A stretch of 62,940 bases of DNA, the filler included, from Catajapyx aquilonaris (taxonomy: Eukaryota): NCBI GenBank assembly GCA_000934665.2. It is 2 parts of 2 records of this genome, joined end to end, with 100 filler letters (N's around TTAATTAATTAA, not from the genome) between each part and the next. Parts side by side here need not be neighbours in the genome. Positions count along the whole stretch, not along the records: positions 31,467 to 62,940 come from JYFJ02004555.1; 1 more part is not named here. One strand, given 5' to 3'. Below, piece by piece: positions 52,309 to 61,417 of this stretch. The notes below the pieces were generated by a model that was not told the DNA's origin, searched no databases, and was given only the letters and a program-made list of their open reading frames with translations. A program made the translations under genes and the position numbers. Positions within the stretch are counted from its first letter, which is position 1. Each line of letters opens with the position of its first letter.

Positions 52309-54374
52309 CCTGGGATAGTGCTTTCACCCCCAAATGGGGGTATATCACACAGACCTTTATTTTGAACTATTACACAATATTGGAACCTATTATAGTTGAA
52401 GTGCCCGGGCCCACGGGCAGGTTGACAGGAGGGGATGTGCAAGCAGTGCATCTGACGCTGTGGCCATTTTTAGTGAACTCCCCCGGGTGGTTTAGTCCGT
52501 GGAAATACCACCCGAGACAAAGCCAGAGGTGACCCTGAACTCTGCATGACATGAAGGGGGTGTCCCAGGGTTGGGATCGAACCCGGGACATTAACATCCA
52601 TGGGCGCATACGTTACCGCAGCACCACTCTGCCTCCCCCCCTCTCTGTATACAATAGGGTAAACATAGTGAGTGGTGTAAGTCAATCCTAATCCAGGATG
52701 ATGTCAATTTTTCGAAGCTTCTTTGCCAGGAGATCTGGCACATCTAGCTGGATGGTAACATTTCTGTGTACACAGGGTCATCGAAAAATAATGTCCCTAT
52801 TTTAAAACCTTATAACTCGAAAACCTGTGGACATATCGTACTGATTTAAGTTTTAAAATGCTAAGAAATGTCTAAAGTTTTGGTCTAAAGTTTTGGTTTT
52901 ATCATAATTAGCTTCGATATGAGCTCCATTTGTCACTCGGAAAATGTAAATACGGTAATCGGTTTCGTGCCTAACCCTCTGAGGCATGTTTGGTATTACC
53001 ATTGCAATATAATCCTGTAGGTTCTGGAGATGCTGGATCTTTTCACCATACATGTATTTCCACAAAAAAGTCAATTTGGGTAATATCTATGCTTCTGGGG
53101 CTACTAGCCATTGGGAAACTTCTCATTCAAGACTTCTCACGCTGGCAGGCTGAACAAATGAAACTTTCCTATGGCAGGCTTGTTTCATTAGTGAGGCGAC
53201 TTTTTATGTGCATTATCAAGAGCAATGTGTGTGGTGTAAAGACTCGTCATCTCCAGCACCTACAGAACAGGATGGCAGTAATAATTCCAGATAAGATTGA
53301 GCGGGTTTGGCACGAGACCGAAAACCATCTTCTTAATAATCCAAGTGACAAATGAAGCTCATATCGAAACAAACTAAGGTGAGACCAAAACTTCGACATT
53401 TCTTAGCATTTCAAAACTTATATCATTAAGATATGTTTACAAGTTTTCGAGTTACAGGGTTTTAAAATAGGGACATTATTTTTTGATGACCCTGTACAGG
53501 GAGAACCCATTGAAACTCAATCCACACCAGTTTCTTCTGACCGACCCAGGGATCGAACTCGGGACCTCAGAGACTGTGGAAGGCTGTGACGACAACCACT
53601 ACACATTCGCCCGCCCTTGACATGGTGGGGTCCTTATGGGAAAAGTAGGACCAGATGGATTTGGCTGAAACCAGGTCAGTTGATAGACCTTAGGGCCAAT
53701 TGTTCTGAAAGCCAAAGAAAATTTACTGTACCATTTGGCCAATAGAGGTATTCAAAATCAGACTTTCAAGTTGCTCATATCAGGCTCATTTCTGTACATG
53801 TTGTTGAGTTTCATGAGTTGAGTCTAATGCACCATGTGGTGATTTACCATGACAAAACATTTGGCAGTTATTGTTATGTCGCACTTATAATCCCAGTACA
53901 AGGTCAAATGTTGAACTCAGTTGTTCATCTAGCAGCCAAATAGTTTCTCACAGAAAATCACTGTCGAGGAGTGTTTGTATACAAGGTGAAGGGAAAATCG
54001 CGCCCAATCACCAGGTAGACTGATAGTACTCACAAAACTAATATAGGGATGTGCAATTAGTTTTGGGCGCCGGTTCATAGTTAGTGCGTACGGCGCCTTT
54101 AAAGTGTAAGAGGGGCATGTGGTAAAATATTAGGTAAAAACGACAAAGTGCACATGTGTCGCACCTGGATTCTTACTCTAACAGGATTTGATTGCCTATC
54201 ACACATGGACTATGCGTTAGGGGACCAAGGCCGGATTATTCAGAGGGCCTCGAGCTGTCTTTTGCTTCTTTGACACTGGCGGAGCGGATGTGAAATCATG
54301 AAACTTTAAAGGCACTGTACGCATTAACTACGCATTGGCGCCCAAAACAAATTGCACATCCCTATATTAGTATT

Positions 54375-54422
<48 letters not shown>

Positions 54423-54751
54423 GGGAGATGAAGTGGTGCCGCGGTAATGAAGGTCCCGGGTTCAATCCCTACCCGGGGTTCCCATCTTTATCCTTGCAGA
54501 GTTGGGCCATCTCTGGCTTCATTTCGGGTGGAAATTTCCTAAAGACTAATCCACCCGGGGGAGTTCACACAATGACCACTCAACGACACCGCACATGCAC
54601 TTTGCACATCCCCTCCCACCTACCCTTGGAGTAAAACTAATAAGTTCCTTCTTAACACGCTCCAACAAATCGCGATGGTGGTAATCCACCCCCCCCCAAA
54701 GGAGTAAGTACCGTAGCTTCCCAAGTGGGGTAATGAAAAAATAAATAAATA

Positions 54752-54792
<41 letters not shown>

Positions 54793-57700
54793 CGGATACC
54801 TCGTGATAGGCCTGCGTGGGCCTCTTAGGATATCATCTTTTTGTTTGACCGACTTGAATAATTTCCTGCGCTGTGATGGATTTTGATCGTGGGAGGAAAC
54901 GGGAGAACCCCAAGAAAACCCACGCGAACACGGAGAGAACCCATCAAAACTCTGTCCACATAAGTATATCCTCCGTCCGATCCGGGGATCGAACTCGGGA
55001 CCTTAGAGGTGGAAGGCTGTGGCGCTAACCATTCCGCCACCGTGTTGCCCTCAGTTTTGTGATATAATCTATGAATGTAGATATTTTGAGACCCCCAGAA
55101 AAAGAAACCTGTATAACCTCCCTTCCTACTCACCAATGCATTTCCACCTTCTCTTCGAACGGTTAACAAAAAAACATATTTTCTGTCTATTTGCGTTCTT
55201 TCAAAATGTAAATAAAAGGGTAACGTTTTCAATATATTAACAAGGAGTTAAGAAGAATATGTAAATGTAAAACTTTTTAATCGTAATATAGAAACTGGAT
55301 GTATGTATGTCCCCCAAAACAGGTCTGGAGACCTGAGCAAGGGGTAGAAAAAAAATCATAATAAATTATAAATAATTATATGTTTTGTGAGTACTATCAG
55401 TCTACCTTGGCAATTGGATGCGAGTTTCTCTTCACCCTGTATATATACAGGTCTAGAAACTTCCCCTCTTATAGCGCGGGGAGTCCCACCTGGCCCATGA
55501 TACACTCAATTGAGGAGCGACACCCCTACACTGCGACGAAAATTATTACTATTACTATTATTCAGAACAGATTATGAGAATGTGGATGCGAACAGGCCCT
55601 GGCAGTGCAAAGGAACGAAAGGACCATGCCTACTTGATTTGAATCGGCGGTTTGGGAGTCTTGGTTCTCTGTGTTCCGCCACCAGATTCTCTGTGTGCTG
55701 ACTGGGACTTAAAGTAACAGGCCCAGCGCCAAAATTAAAACGAAGCGGCACCCCACCAAACTACTGATATGCCCCTCTAAGGTCACGGGGGTCTGACGGG
55801 GAAACCTATATGAAAAAAAAACAGAGTTGCAGTGGGATGCAGAAAATCATCCCATGGTGCATTTGACGTTCAGCTCATGAAACTCGACAACGTACATGAA
55901 AATGAGCCCCATAGGAGCTACCTGAAAGTCCCACTTTGAGCACTTCTAGCTGCCAAATGGCATGGTAATTTTCTTTGGCCTTCAGAACAATTGACCCTAA
56001 GGGCTATAAACTGACCTGGTTTCAGCCAAATCCATCTGGTCCAACTTTTCCATAAAGAACCCCCACCACATTTTTTTGCCTGAAGTTGTATGTGTGTAGC
56101 TTTTTGCACCTGATCAAGGTGCCCAATTGAGGGGCTCCCAACAAGAGTTGTTCAAGTCACAAAATGTTGTTTCCGAGAAAATGGGACTTACAGTTAATGG
56201 CATTACACTGAAGTCATATGTGATCAAATATGAATCTTTGTGATTCAAGTTGTCCAGGAATTTTTCTGCACAACAACCAGTATTGCACATGAAAGATGGT
56301 ATCGCGACGATGCCAATGGTATATATAAATATGACTTTTATTATTATTTTTTGTCACTTGAACGCCTCTTGTTGGGAGCTCCTCAATTATTCACAGGTGT
56401 GGTGATATTATGGAAATAATAATAATTCATACCCCGTTATCAGCCTATCGGCTCTTTAGGGGGGAAGTTTTTTGTTTTGCCTGGAACTCTTTGCTTTCAT
56501 TTTACTGCGCTTTTTGGGATAGGATAGGGACGGAAGGAAGCGGCTGTGGCCTATTAATTTTTAATAATAATAATAATAATGGATACCCCGTGATAGGCCC
56601 CTTGGGCCTCTTAAGCCCGCTCCACACTGGCTGAGTTTCTCCGATGGGGATTTTTCCGTACGAGAAACTCAGCCAGTGTGGAGCGCGTCTCCGATCCAGT
56701 TTGTGACGTCACCATCCGGATTTTATATTTCAGCCGATTTTCTATTTTCTCCAACGGAGTCGGGCGGGATTTTTCCATACGAGAAACTCAGCCAGTGTGG
56801 AGCGGGCTTTAGGGGATCATCTTTTGAATACGCGACTTTAATCATTTGCCTGTAATGTGATGGATTTTGATAGTGGGAGGAAACGGGAGAACCCCGAGAA
56901 AACCCTCGCGAACACGGAGAGAACCCATCGAAACTCTATCCACATAAGTATCCTCCGTCCGACCCGGGGATCGAACTCTGGACCTTAGAGGTGGAAGGCT
57001 GCGGCGCTAACCACTCGGCCACCGTGTCGCCCTTTGTGGCCTATTAATTACGGAAGCAACTCAGGAATTTTCCTGGAAGGACCGTGGGAAACCACAGAAA
57101 ACCACGGTCAGAGTTGCCGGCCCCGGGATTCGAACCCAGGACCTCCCGATTAGCAGTCGGACGCCTTATCCACTATGCCAACCTGCTTTGGTGATATTAT
57201 GGAAATAGTTGGTCACCTCTATCATGGGGCAAAAGGTTCACAACAATAATCGCTTTGGACAAAATTTCTGATGACTGAAAGGACTGGGACAATACTTGGA
57301 ACACACCATGTTTGGTGGAGTGGAGTAGCCTTTTTAATCATTGGCGAGAGATTTAACTTGCAAAGAAATGAGATCAACTCTTGATCTCAGGTGCCAAGTG
57401 TTCCCAAAGGAATATTTGAAATATCTAGAGCACCTACATTAATTGCCATTTTAGGCTTGAACTCCTTCTTTTATTCAACCTTATTAGCAGATATTAAATA
57501 TTATATCCACTAAAAGTAAGTGAAAGTAACTGCTTAATAATAAGTTGCATAATGACATGGTTGCTAATTACAGCAGACACAAAATGAAACAATGTATACA
57601 GGGTGATTATGCTTGCAAACATTGGTATTTATACAGTAATACTTCTAAAGTCGAATCTCCATGGGACCGGAAAAAACATCGAGTTATAGAAGATTCGAGT

Positions 57701-59734
57701 TAGAGAAGTTTGGCTTTTTTGAAGCACATAACTCTACAAGGAAGCCTACCTTTATATCCAGCGACGAAAGGTGTTCAATACTTAAAAATAACTGTCACTA
57801 TCACTCTTGCAATGTTCCTCATTGTTTTATTGTAAAAAAATCTCCATTATGGACATTTGCGTACTCTTAGATTCAAGGATTCAATAATTGTCACAATCGA
57901 GTCAAACACTTCTTTCGGTACGTCTGGTAGACGGAGATCAGGAAATTGAACCTTTCTGTACATGCGGTCTACTCTCGGTGGGAAATGAGAATTTTCCGTA
58001 CTCGGCAACATGAACTTCGACTTAGGGAGACTGGACATGCATTGATATCCCATCGTAAGGCCCTGCGTGCACTTCGAGTTATAGAAATTCGAGTTAGGGA
58101 AGTTTATTTCCTATTATTTTACATTGTGACCAACCAAGCTCATAATTTTCTTCGACTTAGGGAAGTTTTACTGTAGTAATATTTAGAGAATGGATATCTC
58201 GGTTTTTACCTACTTTTTATTCTGTAGGCAGAACACCGGAACCAAAATATCTATCAGTTTCATAACACAGAGACCTCAAAAATCATAATTTTATATAACC
58301 TAAAATTGCCCATTTTGGGTGTTGGGAGCTAAATGGCCTATTAGTGCCTAATTTGCACCTATTTCCACCTTTTTGATGCCGTTTTGTAATATTTTTGAGA
58401 GTTCTGCGGGTTTTCTGTTCAAAGAATCTCTCCCACTTCAACCTGTGTAGGGTGAAGAAGCTATAGGCATGCATGCCAGATGAACTGGCTATAGAAAACA
58501 TGTCACTTTTCAAGTATGATCCAGTTGCTTTGTGTGACGTCAAAAGGTCATTTTCAGCTTGTAGAAATGTATTGTCAGATTGGCGTCGCCAAATAACTGC
58601 GATTAACCAACGAAAATATGGAACAACTGCTAGTTTGTTACTGTGCCGCAAAATTCCATGGCCAAGAGTAGGCTGTGATATTGTGTAGAAATGAAAATGA
58701 ATTAGGACCTGCTTGATTTTTACCACTTATTAAGAGCCTATTTTGACTTTTAAGGGCCTAAATGTCTACCTATTTGAGGGTTTTTAAGAACCTAAAAATC
58801 CGTTCCTTAGTAATATTACATCTAACATTTATATCTTGCTGTCTACTGCTGCCAATTGCAGGACTCAAGCTGCCTTTGTCTCTTGAAATGTGTCAGCTGT
58901 AAAACTGGAGAAGAATCATTCATTGCTTATTCAACATGCCTTGATGTTCACTTAGAATTCTTAAATGTCCTACTTTCTGACATTCAGAAAATTGAGGGTC
59001 GTGTGGCATCTGATGAGGACCTAAAGCTATCAGACACATTGCGGTACTACATGAGGGACTCAAGTGCTGCTAAGAACCTCCTTTATAGACGATTGCGATG
59101 CCTTGCCAATTATGAAAATGCTAACAAGAACCTGGAGAAGGCCAGAACAAAGAACAAAGACGTACATGCTGTGAGTATTTTCTTCATTTCTAATAAGTTT
59201 GCATGCAGATTTCATAGCAAGTCATATGGGTCACACAACTTGTAATTGACGTAATTTTTACTCCTCACATATCTCGAAAGGCCCTGGAAGTTGCAGATGT
59301 AAGTATAAATTTGGTGTAGAATCACTTGTATGGAATTTCCTCACCCATTCGCTTGTTTTATGATATGCATGTTACAATTTGACCTGCTTGATGATGTTTG
59401 CATTGAATAACAGGCCGAGCTCGCCCAGCAGCAGGCATGTGAGAAGTTTGAGTTGATGTCGGAGAAAGCAAAGGAGGGTGAGTGGAACTTGATGTTTTTT
59501 ATTTCATGCTGCATACTATCTGTGATATTCATATGCAGAATTGACTGACTTCAAGACCAGGAGAGTGGCAGCTTTCAAGAAGAACATGGTGGATCTCGCT
59601 GAACTGGAACTGAAGCATTCAAAGGTAAAATGGTGCATAAGCCTTGGTATTGGATTTGAAATTAATCATTCAATTTTCAGGCTCAAGTTCAACTTTTGAA
59701 AAACTGCCTTGCCTCTCTGAAGGAGGAGTCTTAG
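36022..59734 (+). CDS. SNX6: sorting nexin 6 (SNX5/6/32 family, PX + BAR), 11 coding exons, 1227 nt / 408 aa
   Basis: join(36022-36027,36142-36192,37047-37151,37770-37880,37934-38055,38116-38444,38507-38622,58988-59170,59414-59477,59539-59624,59681-59734); all introns GT-AG with consistent phase; hallmark peptides [102 protein letters not shown]. Confidence 0.96.
36142..36192 (+). CDS. SNX6: Snx6 exon 2 ([17 protein letters not shown])
   Basis: TTGCAG| ... AAG|GTAAAT, 51 nt. Confidence 0.9.
37047..37151 (+). CDS. SNX6: Snx6 exon 3 (PX start)
   Basis: [47 protein letters not shown]. Confidence 0.95.
37229..37299 (+). pseudogene. decayed tRNA-like sequence / SINE head in Snx6 intron 3
   Basis: A-box-like TAGTTTAATGG, stem CATAC/GTATG, T arm CTGGGTTCGATTCCTAG; acceptor stem not paired. 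Confidence 0.5.
37770..37880 (+). CDS. SNX6: Snx6 exon 4
   Basis: [49 protein letters not shown]. Confidence 0.95.
37934..38055 (+). CDS. SNX6: Snx6 exon 5
   Basis: [46 protein letters not shown](A)|GTAAGT. Confidence 0.95.
38116..38444 (+). CDS. SNX6: Snx6 exon 6
   Basis: [30 protein letters not shown]...[15 protein letters not shown]; lies within ORF 38063-38449. Confidence 0.95.
38507..38622 (+). CDS. SNX6: Snx6 exon 7
   Basis: TTACAG|(N)[44 protein letters not shown]. Confidence 0.93.
39183..40013. mobile_element. palindromic mariner derivative made of two 5' ends (N-terminal HTH transposase remnants on both arms)
   Basis: TA|CGTGGGTTGAGT...ACTCAACCCATG|TA with ~90-bp outer arms and ~210-bp inner arms; ORF 39545-39811(-) [12 protein letters not shown]...IHGQLVRAV...[11 protein letters not shown] resembles the mariner N-terminal HTH. 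Confidence 0.8.
40764..40821. repeat. (GA)n microsatellite
   Basis: Direct reading. Confidence 0.95.
41157..41411 (-). mobile_element. tRNA-derived SINE, family D
   Basis: Minus-strand head GGGGACATGGTGGTCTAGTGGCTAAG...GGTTCAAATCCC; tail CCTATCACGGGG + A-rich; probable TSD ATTGCACTTTT (41146-41156 / 41420-41430). Confidence 0.75.
42271..42681. mobile_element. hAT-type MITE
   Basis: TIR CAGGAGCGGACTGG / CCAGTCCGCCACTG; perfect 8-bp TSD GCTGACAT (42263-42270 / 42682-42689). Confidence 0.9.
42750..43586. mobile_element. non-autonomous piggyBac-like element
   Basis: TTAA|CCCTAATAAGACGGG ... CCCGTCTTATTAGGG|TTAA (perfect 15-bp TIR, TTAA TSD). Confidence 0.9.
43827..44652 (+). mobile_element. 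internally deleted hAT element (same family as 58184-58809)
   Basis: TAGAGAACGAATTTCTCGGTTTTTACCTAC start, collinear with 58184-58809 including the transposase C-terminal remnant; TSD not preserved. Confidence 0.8.
44655..45478 (-). mobile_element. second, inverted copy of the same hAT family, interrupted by a SINE
   Basis: Ends in GAAATTCGTTCTCTA (reverse complement of the left TIR); 44655-44789 and 45137-45478 are collinear with the reverse complement of 58184-58670. Confidence 0.8.
44790..45136 (-). mobile_element. SINE family A inserted in the hAT copy
   Basis: TSD GGATCATACTT (44779-44789 / 45137-45147); poly-T tail; B box GGTTCAATCCC on minus. Confidence 0.9.
45620..46251 (+). mobile_element. 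pogo-like MITE, right end interrupted at TTAA 46252 by a probable piggyBac-like insertion
   Basis: TA|GGGTAAGTTGGGGTAAG terminus; 46060-46251 is homologous to 61418-61600, whose end is CTTACCCCAACTTATCG|TA. Confidence 0.6.
46845..48022. mobile_element. Tc1/mariner-like non-autonomous element with ~280-bp inverted arms
   Basis: TA|CAGGGCTTGGACAAAATAATGGGGCCCCCTGCAA ... TTGCAGGGGGCCCCATTATTTTTTCTAACTCCTG|TA. Confidence 0.85.
48482..49128. repeat. young near-perfect ~650-bp palindrome (foldback element)
   Basis: ~295-bp arms; ORFs 48550(-) and 48836(+) are almost identical ([35 protein letters not shown]). Confidence 0.92.
49286..49943. mobile_element. MITE-like element with short TIRs
   Basis: AAAGGACCTGTTCAA / TTGAACAGGTCCTTT. 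Confidence 0.55.
51432..52221 (-). mobile_element. internally deleted hAT transposon
   Basis: Perfect 19-bp TIR TAGAGGGCGGATAGTTATG / CATAACTATCCGCCCTCTA; perfect 8-bp TSD GTTATTAT (51424-51431 / 52222-52229). Confidence 0.92.
51654..52088 (-). pseudogene. hAT transposase C-terminal (dimerisation-region) fragment
   Basis: [42 protein letters not shown] resembles the hAT P-x-x-S/T-C-x-V-E-R-S-F-S...R-x-R-L motif; no N-terminal or catalytic part. Confidence 0.8.
52255..52640 (-). mobile_element. SINE family A with (AAT)n tail
   Basis: Reverse complement of 28485-28735 over 52403-52638; probable short TSD CTCTCTG. Confidence 0.85.
52773..53494. mobile_element. palindromic Tc1/mariner derivative made of two 3' ends (C-terminal transposase remnants on both arms)
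   Basis: CAGGGTCATCGAAAAATAATGTCCCTATTTTAAAA ... TTTTAAAATAGGGACATTATTTTTTGATGACCCTG|TA; minus arm [11 protein letters not shown]../[27 protein letters not shown], plus arm [30 protein letters not shown]. Confidence 0.85.
53500..53616 (-). mobile_element. partial SINE family C-like copy
   Basis: GGAGAACCCAT.GAAACTC...GGGATCGAACTCGGGACCT matches 54930-55050. Confidence 0.65.
54038..54370. mobile_element. MITE with ~65-bp inverted arms (superfamily unassigned)
   Basis: CTAATATAGGGATGTGCAATT.GTTTTGGGCGCC / GGCGCCCAAAAC.AATTGCACATCCCTATATTAG. Confidence 0.75.
54422..54740 (+). mobile_element. SINE family A
   Basis: Homologous to 44790-45136; flanked by AAT tracts. Confidence 0.85.
54750..55050 (-). 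mobile_element. SINE family C (uninterrupted), tail-to-tail with family A
   Basis: Minus head GGGCAACACGGTGGCGGAATGGTTAGCGC...GAGTTCGATCCCCG; body GGGTTTTCTTGGGGTTCTCCCGTTTCCTCCCAC; AAT tail. Confidence 0.85.
56129..56384. mobile_element. MITE with GAG...CTC termini and 4-bp AATT flanks (Sola-like)
   Basis: AATT|GAGGGGCTCCCAACAAGAG..GTTCAAGT ... ACTTGAAC..CTCTTGTTGGGAGCTCCTC|AATT; superfamily inferred from termini only. Confidence 0.65.
56560..57034 (-). mobile_element. SINE family C inserted in SINE B
   Basis: 15-bp TSD TGTGGCCTATTAATT (56545-56559 / 57035-57049). Confidence 0.9.
56614..56808. mobile_element. PIF/Harbinger-type MITE inserted in SINE C
   Basis: TTA|AGCCCGCTCCACACTGGCTGAGTTTCTC ... 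GAGAAACTCAGCCAGTGTGGAGCGGGCT|TTA; empty site GGCCTCTTAGG in the copy at ~54820. Confidence 0.9.
57634..58173 (+). mobile_element. pogo/Tigger-like MITE
   Basis: TA|CAGTAATACTTC ... GAAGTTTTACTG|TA; second copy inverted at 62027-62612. Confidence 0.85.
58184..58809 (+). mobile_element. internally deleted hAT element with transposase C-terminal remnant
   Basis: Perfect 8-bp TSD GTAATATT (58176-58183 / 58810-58817); ORF 58473 [30 protein letters not shown]. Confidence 0.88.
58988..59170 (+). CDS. SNX6: Snx6 exon 8 (BAR)
   Basis: [30 protein letters not shown]...[16 protein letters not shown]. Confidence 0.95.
59281..59298 (+). CDS. SNX6: candidate alternative 18-nt Snx6 microexon (ALEVAD)
   Basis: Pyrimidine-rich tract + AAG|GCCCTGGAAGTTGCAGAT|GTAAGT; phase 0-0, no stop. 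Confidence 0.6.
59414..59477 (+). CDS. SNX6: Snx6 exon 9
   Basis: [27 protein letters not shown](E)|GTGAGT. Confidence 0.93.
59539..59624 (+). CDS. SNX6: Snx6 exon 10
   Basis: ATGCAG|(E)[34 protein letters not shown]. Confidence 0.94.
59681..59734 (+). CDS. SNX6: Snx6 terminal coding exon
   Basis: [23 protein letters not shown]. Confidence 0.92.
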   Translation, partial: AQVQLLKNCLASLKEES

Positions 59735-60430
59735 GGCTTATTGGAACAAAAACCTCAAGGCTGTTTGGATATCATACCAACCTTGTTTTGTGAGATTTTC
59801 CCCATATAATCCTTGTGTTTCATTCATTGCTAAAAAGCACATTTCTCAAGTGGCATAATGTCTCCTCCTCAGAACACATGTGACTATTATTATTATTATT
59901 TTTGAGTGAAAGCCTGTGCCATGGCACAACTACATTTGATCTGCGATATTGGTGTTGAGGAAGAGACAGCACATTTGGAGCATTTGTATAGAGATAACGG
60001 GACGCAACTTGAGCCCACACATTCATGTCACCCCGTTTGCCTTTATGCTCCTTACGCTACTGATATGTCTCAATATGAATGACTGCTGTAGCTTTATTTC
60101 TGTTACGCTTTTGGTTTGACTATTTGTATGCGATGCCAACTTGTAACTTTCGTACATTGCCACACCTCAGATTATTTGTATGCTTTGATTCCTGTTGGAT
60201 GAGGGCTGTGACAATGTGTCTCCTGCCACATGTCTCTGAAACTGTTCCCAAAGATGTAGCAACTTGTGGACAGGAGGGAGACGAAACTGGTTGCATGGAG
60301 AGAGTGCGTCGAGTTTGTGAGTGGGGGCACAGAAGAGATAGGTAGGGCGGACCAATTTTTTATGTTTGTTTCTTTCACACGTTACGTCCTAGGAAGGGTG
60401 GGGAACTCTGAGAGACAAGAGATAAAAAAG

Positions 60431-60496
60431 AATAAAAATATTCATAACTATGTAAAGGAAGACTAAGGTCATGTTAATAAGGAATATATCAATAAA
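60431..60496 (+). promoter_or_regulatory. candidate Snx6 polyadenylation signals
   Basis: AATAAA at 60431 and 60491; the second is followed ~20 nt later by the GT/T-rich tract GTGTATTTGTGTTTTT. Confidence 0.5.
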
Positions 60497-60746
60497 TTCA
60501 CTTTAAAGAATTCAGTGTATTTGTGTTTTTAGAAGACCTCAGAAGAAAAAGCTGTTAAGATTTCTACAACAGTTCACTATCAACTCATATGCAGCAAACT
60601 TTCACATGTTCCATACAACTGTATGCTGTGCATGACAAGTGCTTGGAAACACTGAAGAAACAAAAGGGCTGGACTAGGCTGCCAACTTGAAGAACACAAG
60701 CATGTTTCAAATGTTTACCTATTTAAAATATGCATATCAAGACTAA

Positions 60747-60916
60747 AGGCCCATACACACAGGCAGTTGACTGTTTAGGTCTTTGGTCGCGTTGACGCCG
60801 CGGACCAATCATGACTCATGTAAACAAACTCAACACTTGTGTTGCGATTGTTGATTGGTCTGCAGCGTCAACGCGACCAAAGACCAAAACCGTCGACCGC
60901 CTGTGTGCATGGGCCT
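60747..60916. mobile_element. palindromic PIF/Harbinger-like MITE
   Basis: TAA|AGGCCCATACACACAGGC ... GCCTGTGTGCATGGGCCT|TCA; arms pair over ~60 bp. Confidence 0.75.
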
Positions 60917-61417
60917 TCAGTGTGGATCTCAACTGGTGGAAATCTTGTTGAATCTTGCTTCCTTCTTCAAATGCCATCTGCCACCTTTTCAGTAAGGAGC
61001 AAGAGGTAAGCACCTAAGATTTCCACCATTGATAAAGCCAACTTTTCATGCATAATTATGCTATATTGGCACCAAAAGAGGCATATCTGCTACTACTTGC
61101 CCAACCTCAGTGTAGTTCGCCCATCCCCAAAAAGTGGAGTGGTGAGGGTATTAAAGAAAATGTGATAAAAAATCTCCGTTAAGATTATCTGGACTTTCGA
61201 ATTGATAATTATGAATCCTAACATTGGAGTTAGAAGGACACCGAAGTTGATTTGACAGTTAACAACTGAAATAAATATGATTATACCTTGGACAGTGAAT
61301 TTCTGTGGAGTGTGGTAAAAATTGCTGACACTATGTTTATGTTACTTAGCAGGACATTAATTTTAATAATGAACCTGAGGGACCACAAAAATCTGAAGAC
61401 AGCATTGAAATGATTCG

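Larger units (their letters stand above)
53623..56068. repeat. pair of ~215-bp inverted repeats (53623-53836 / 55853-56068) enclosing younger insertions
   Basis: GGACCAGATGGATTTGGCTGAAACCAGGTCAGTT and its reverse complement AACTGACCTGGTTTCAGCCAAATCCATCTGGTCC. Confidence 0.75.
56419..57188 (-). mobile_element. SINE family B, outer member of a triple nest
   Basis: 19-bp direct repeat TGGTGATATTATGGAAATA (56400-56418 / 57189-57207). Confidence 0.9.
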
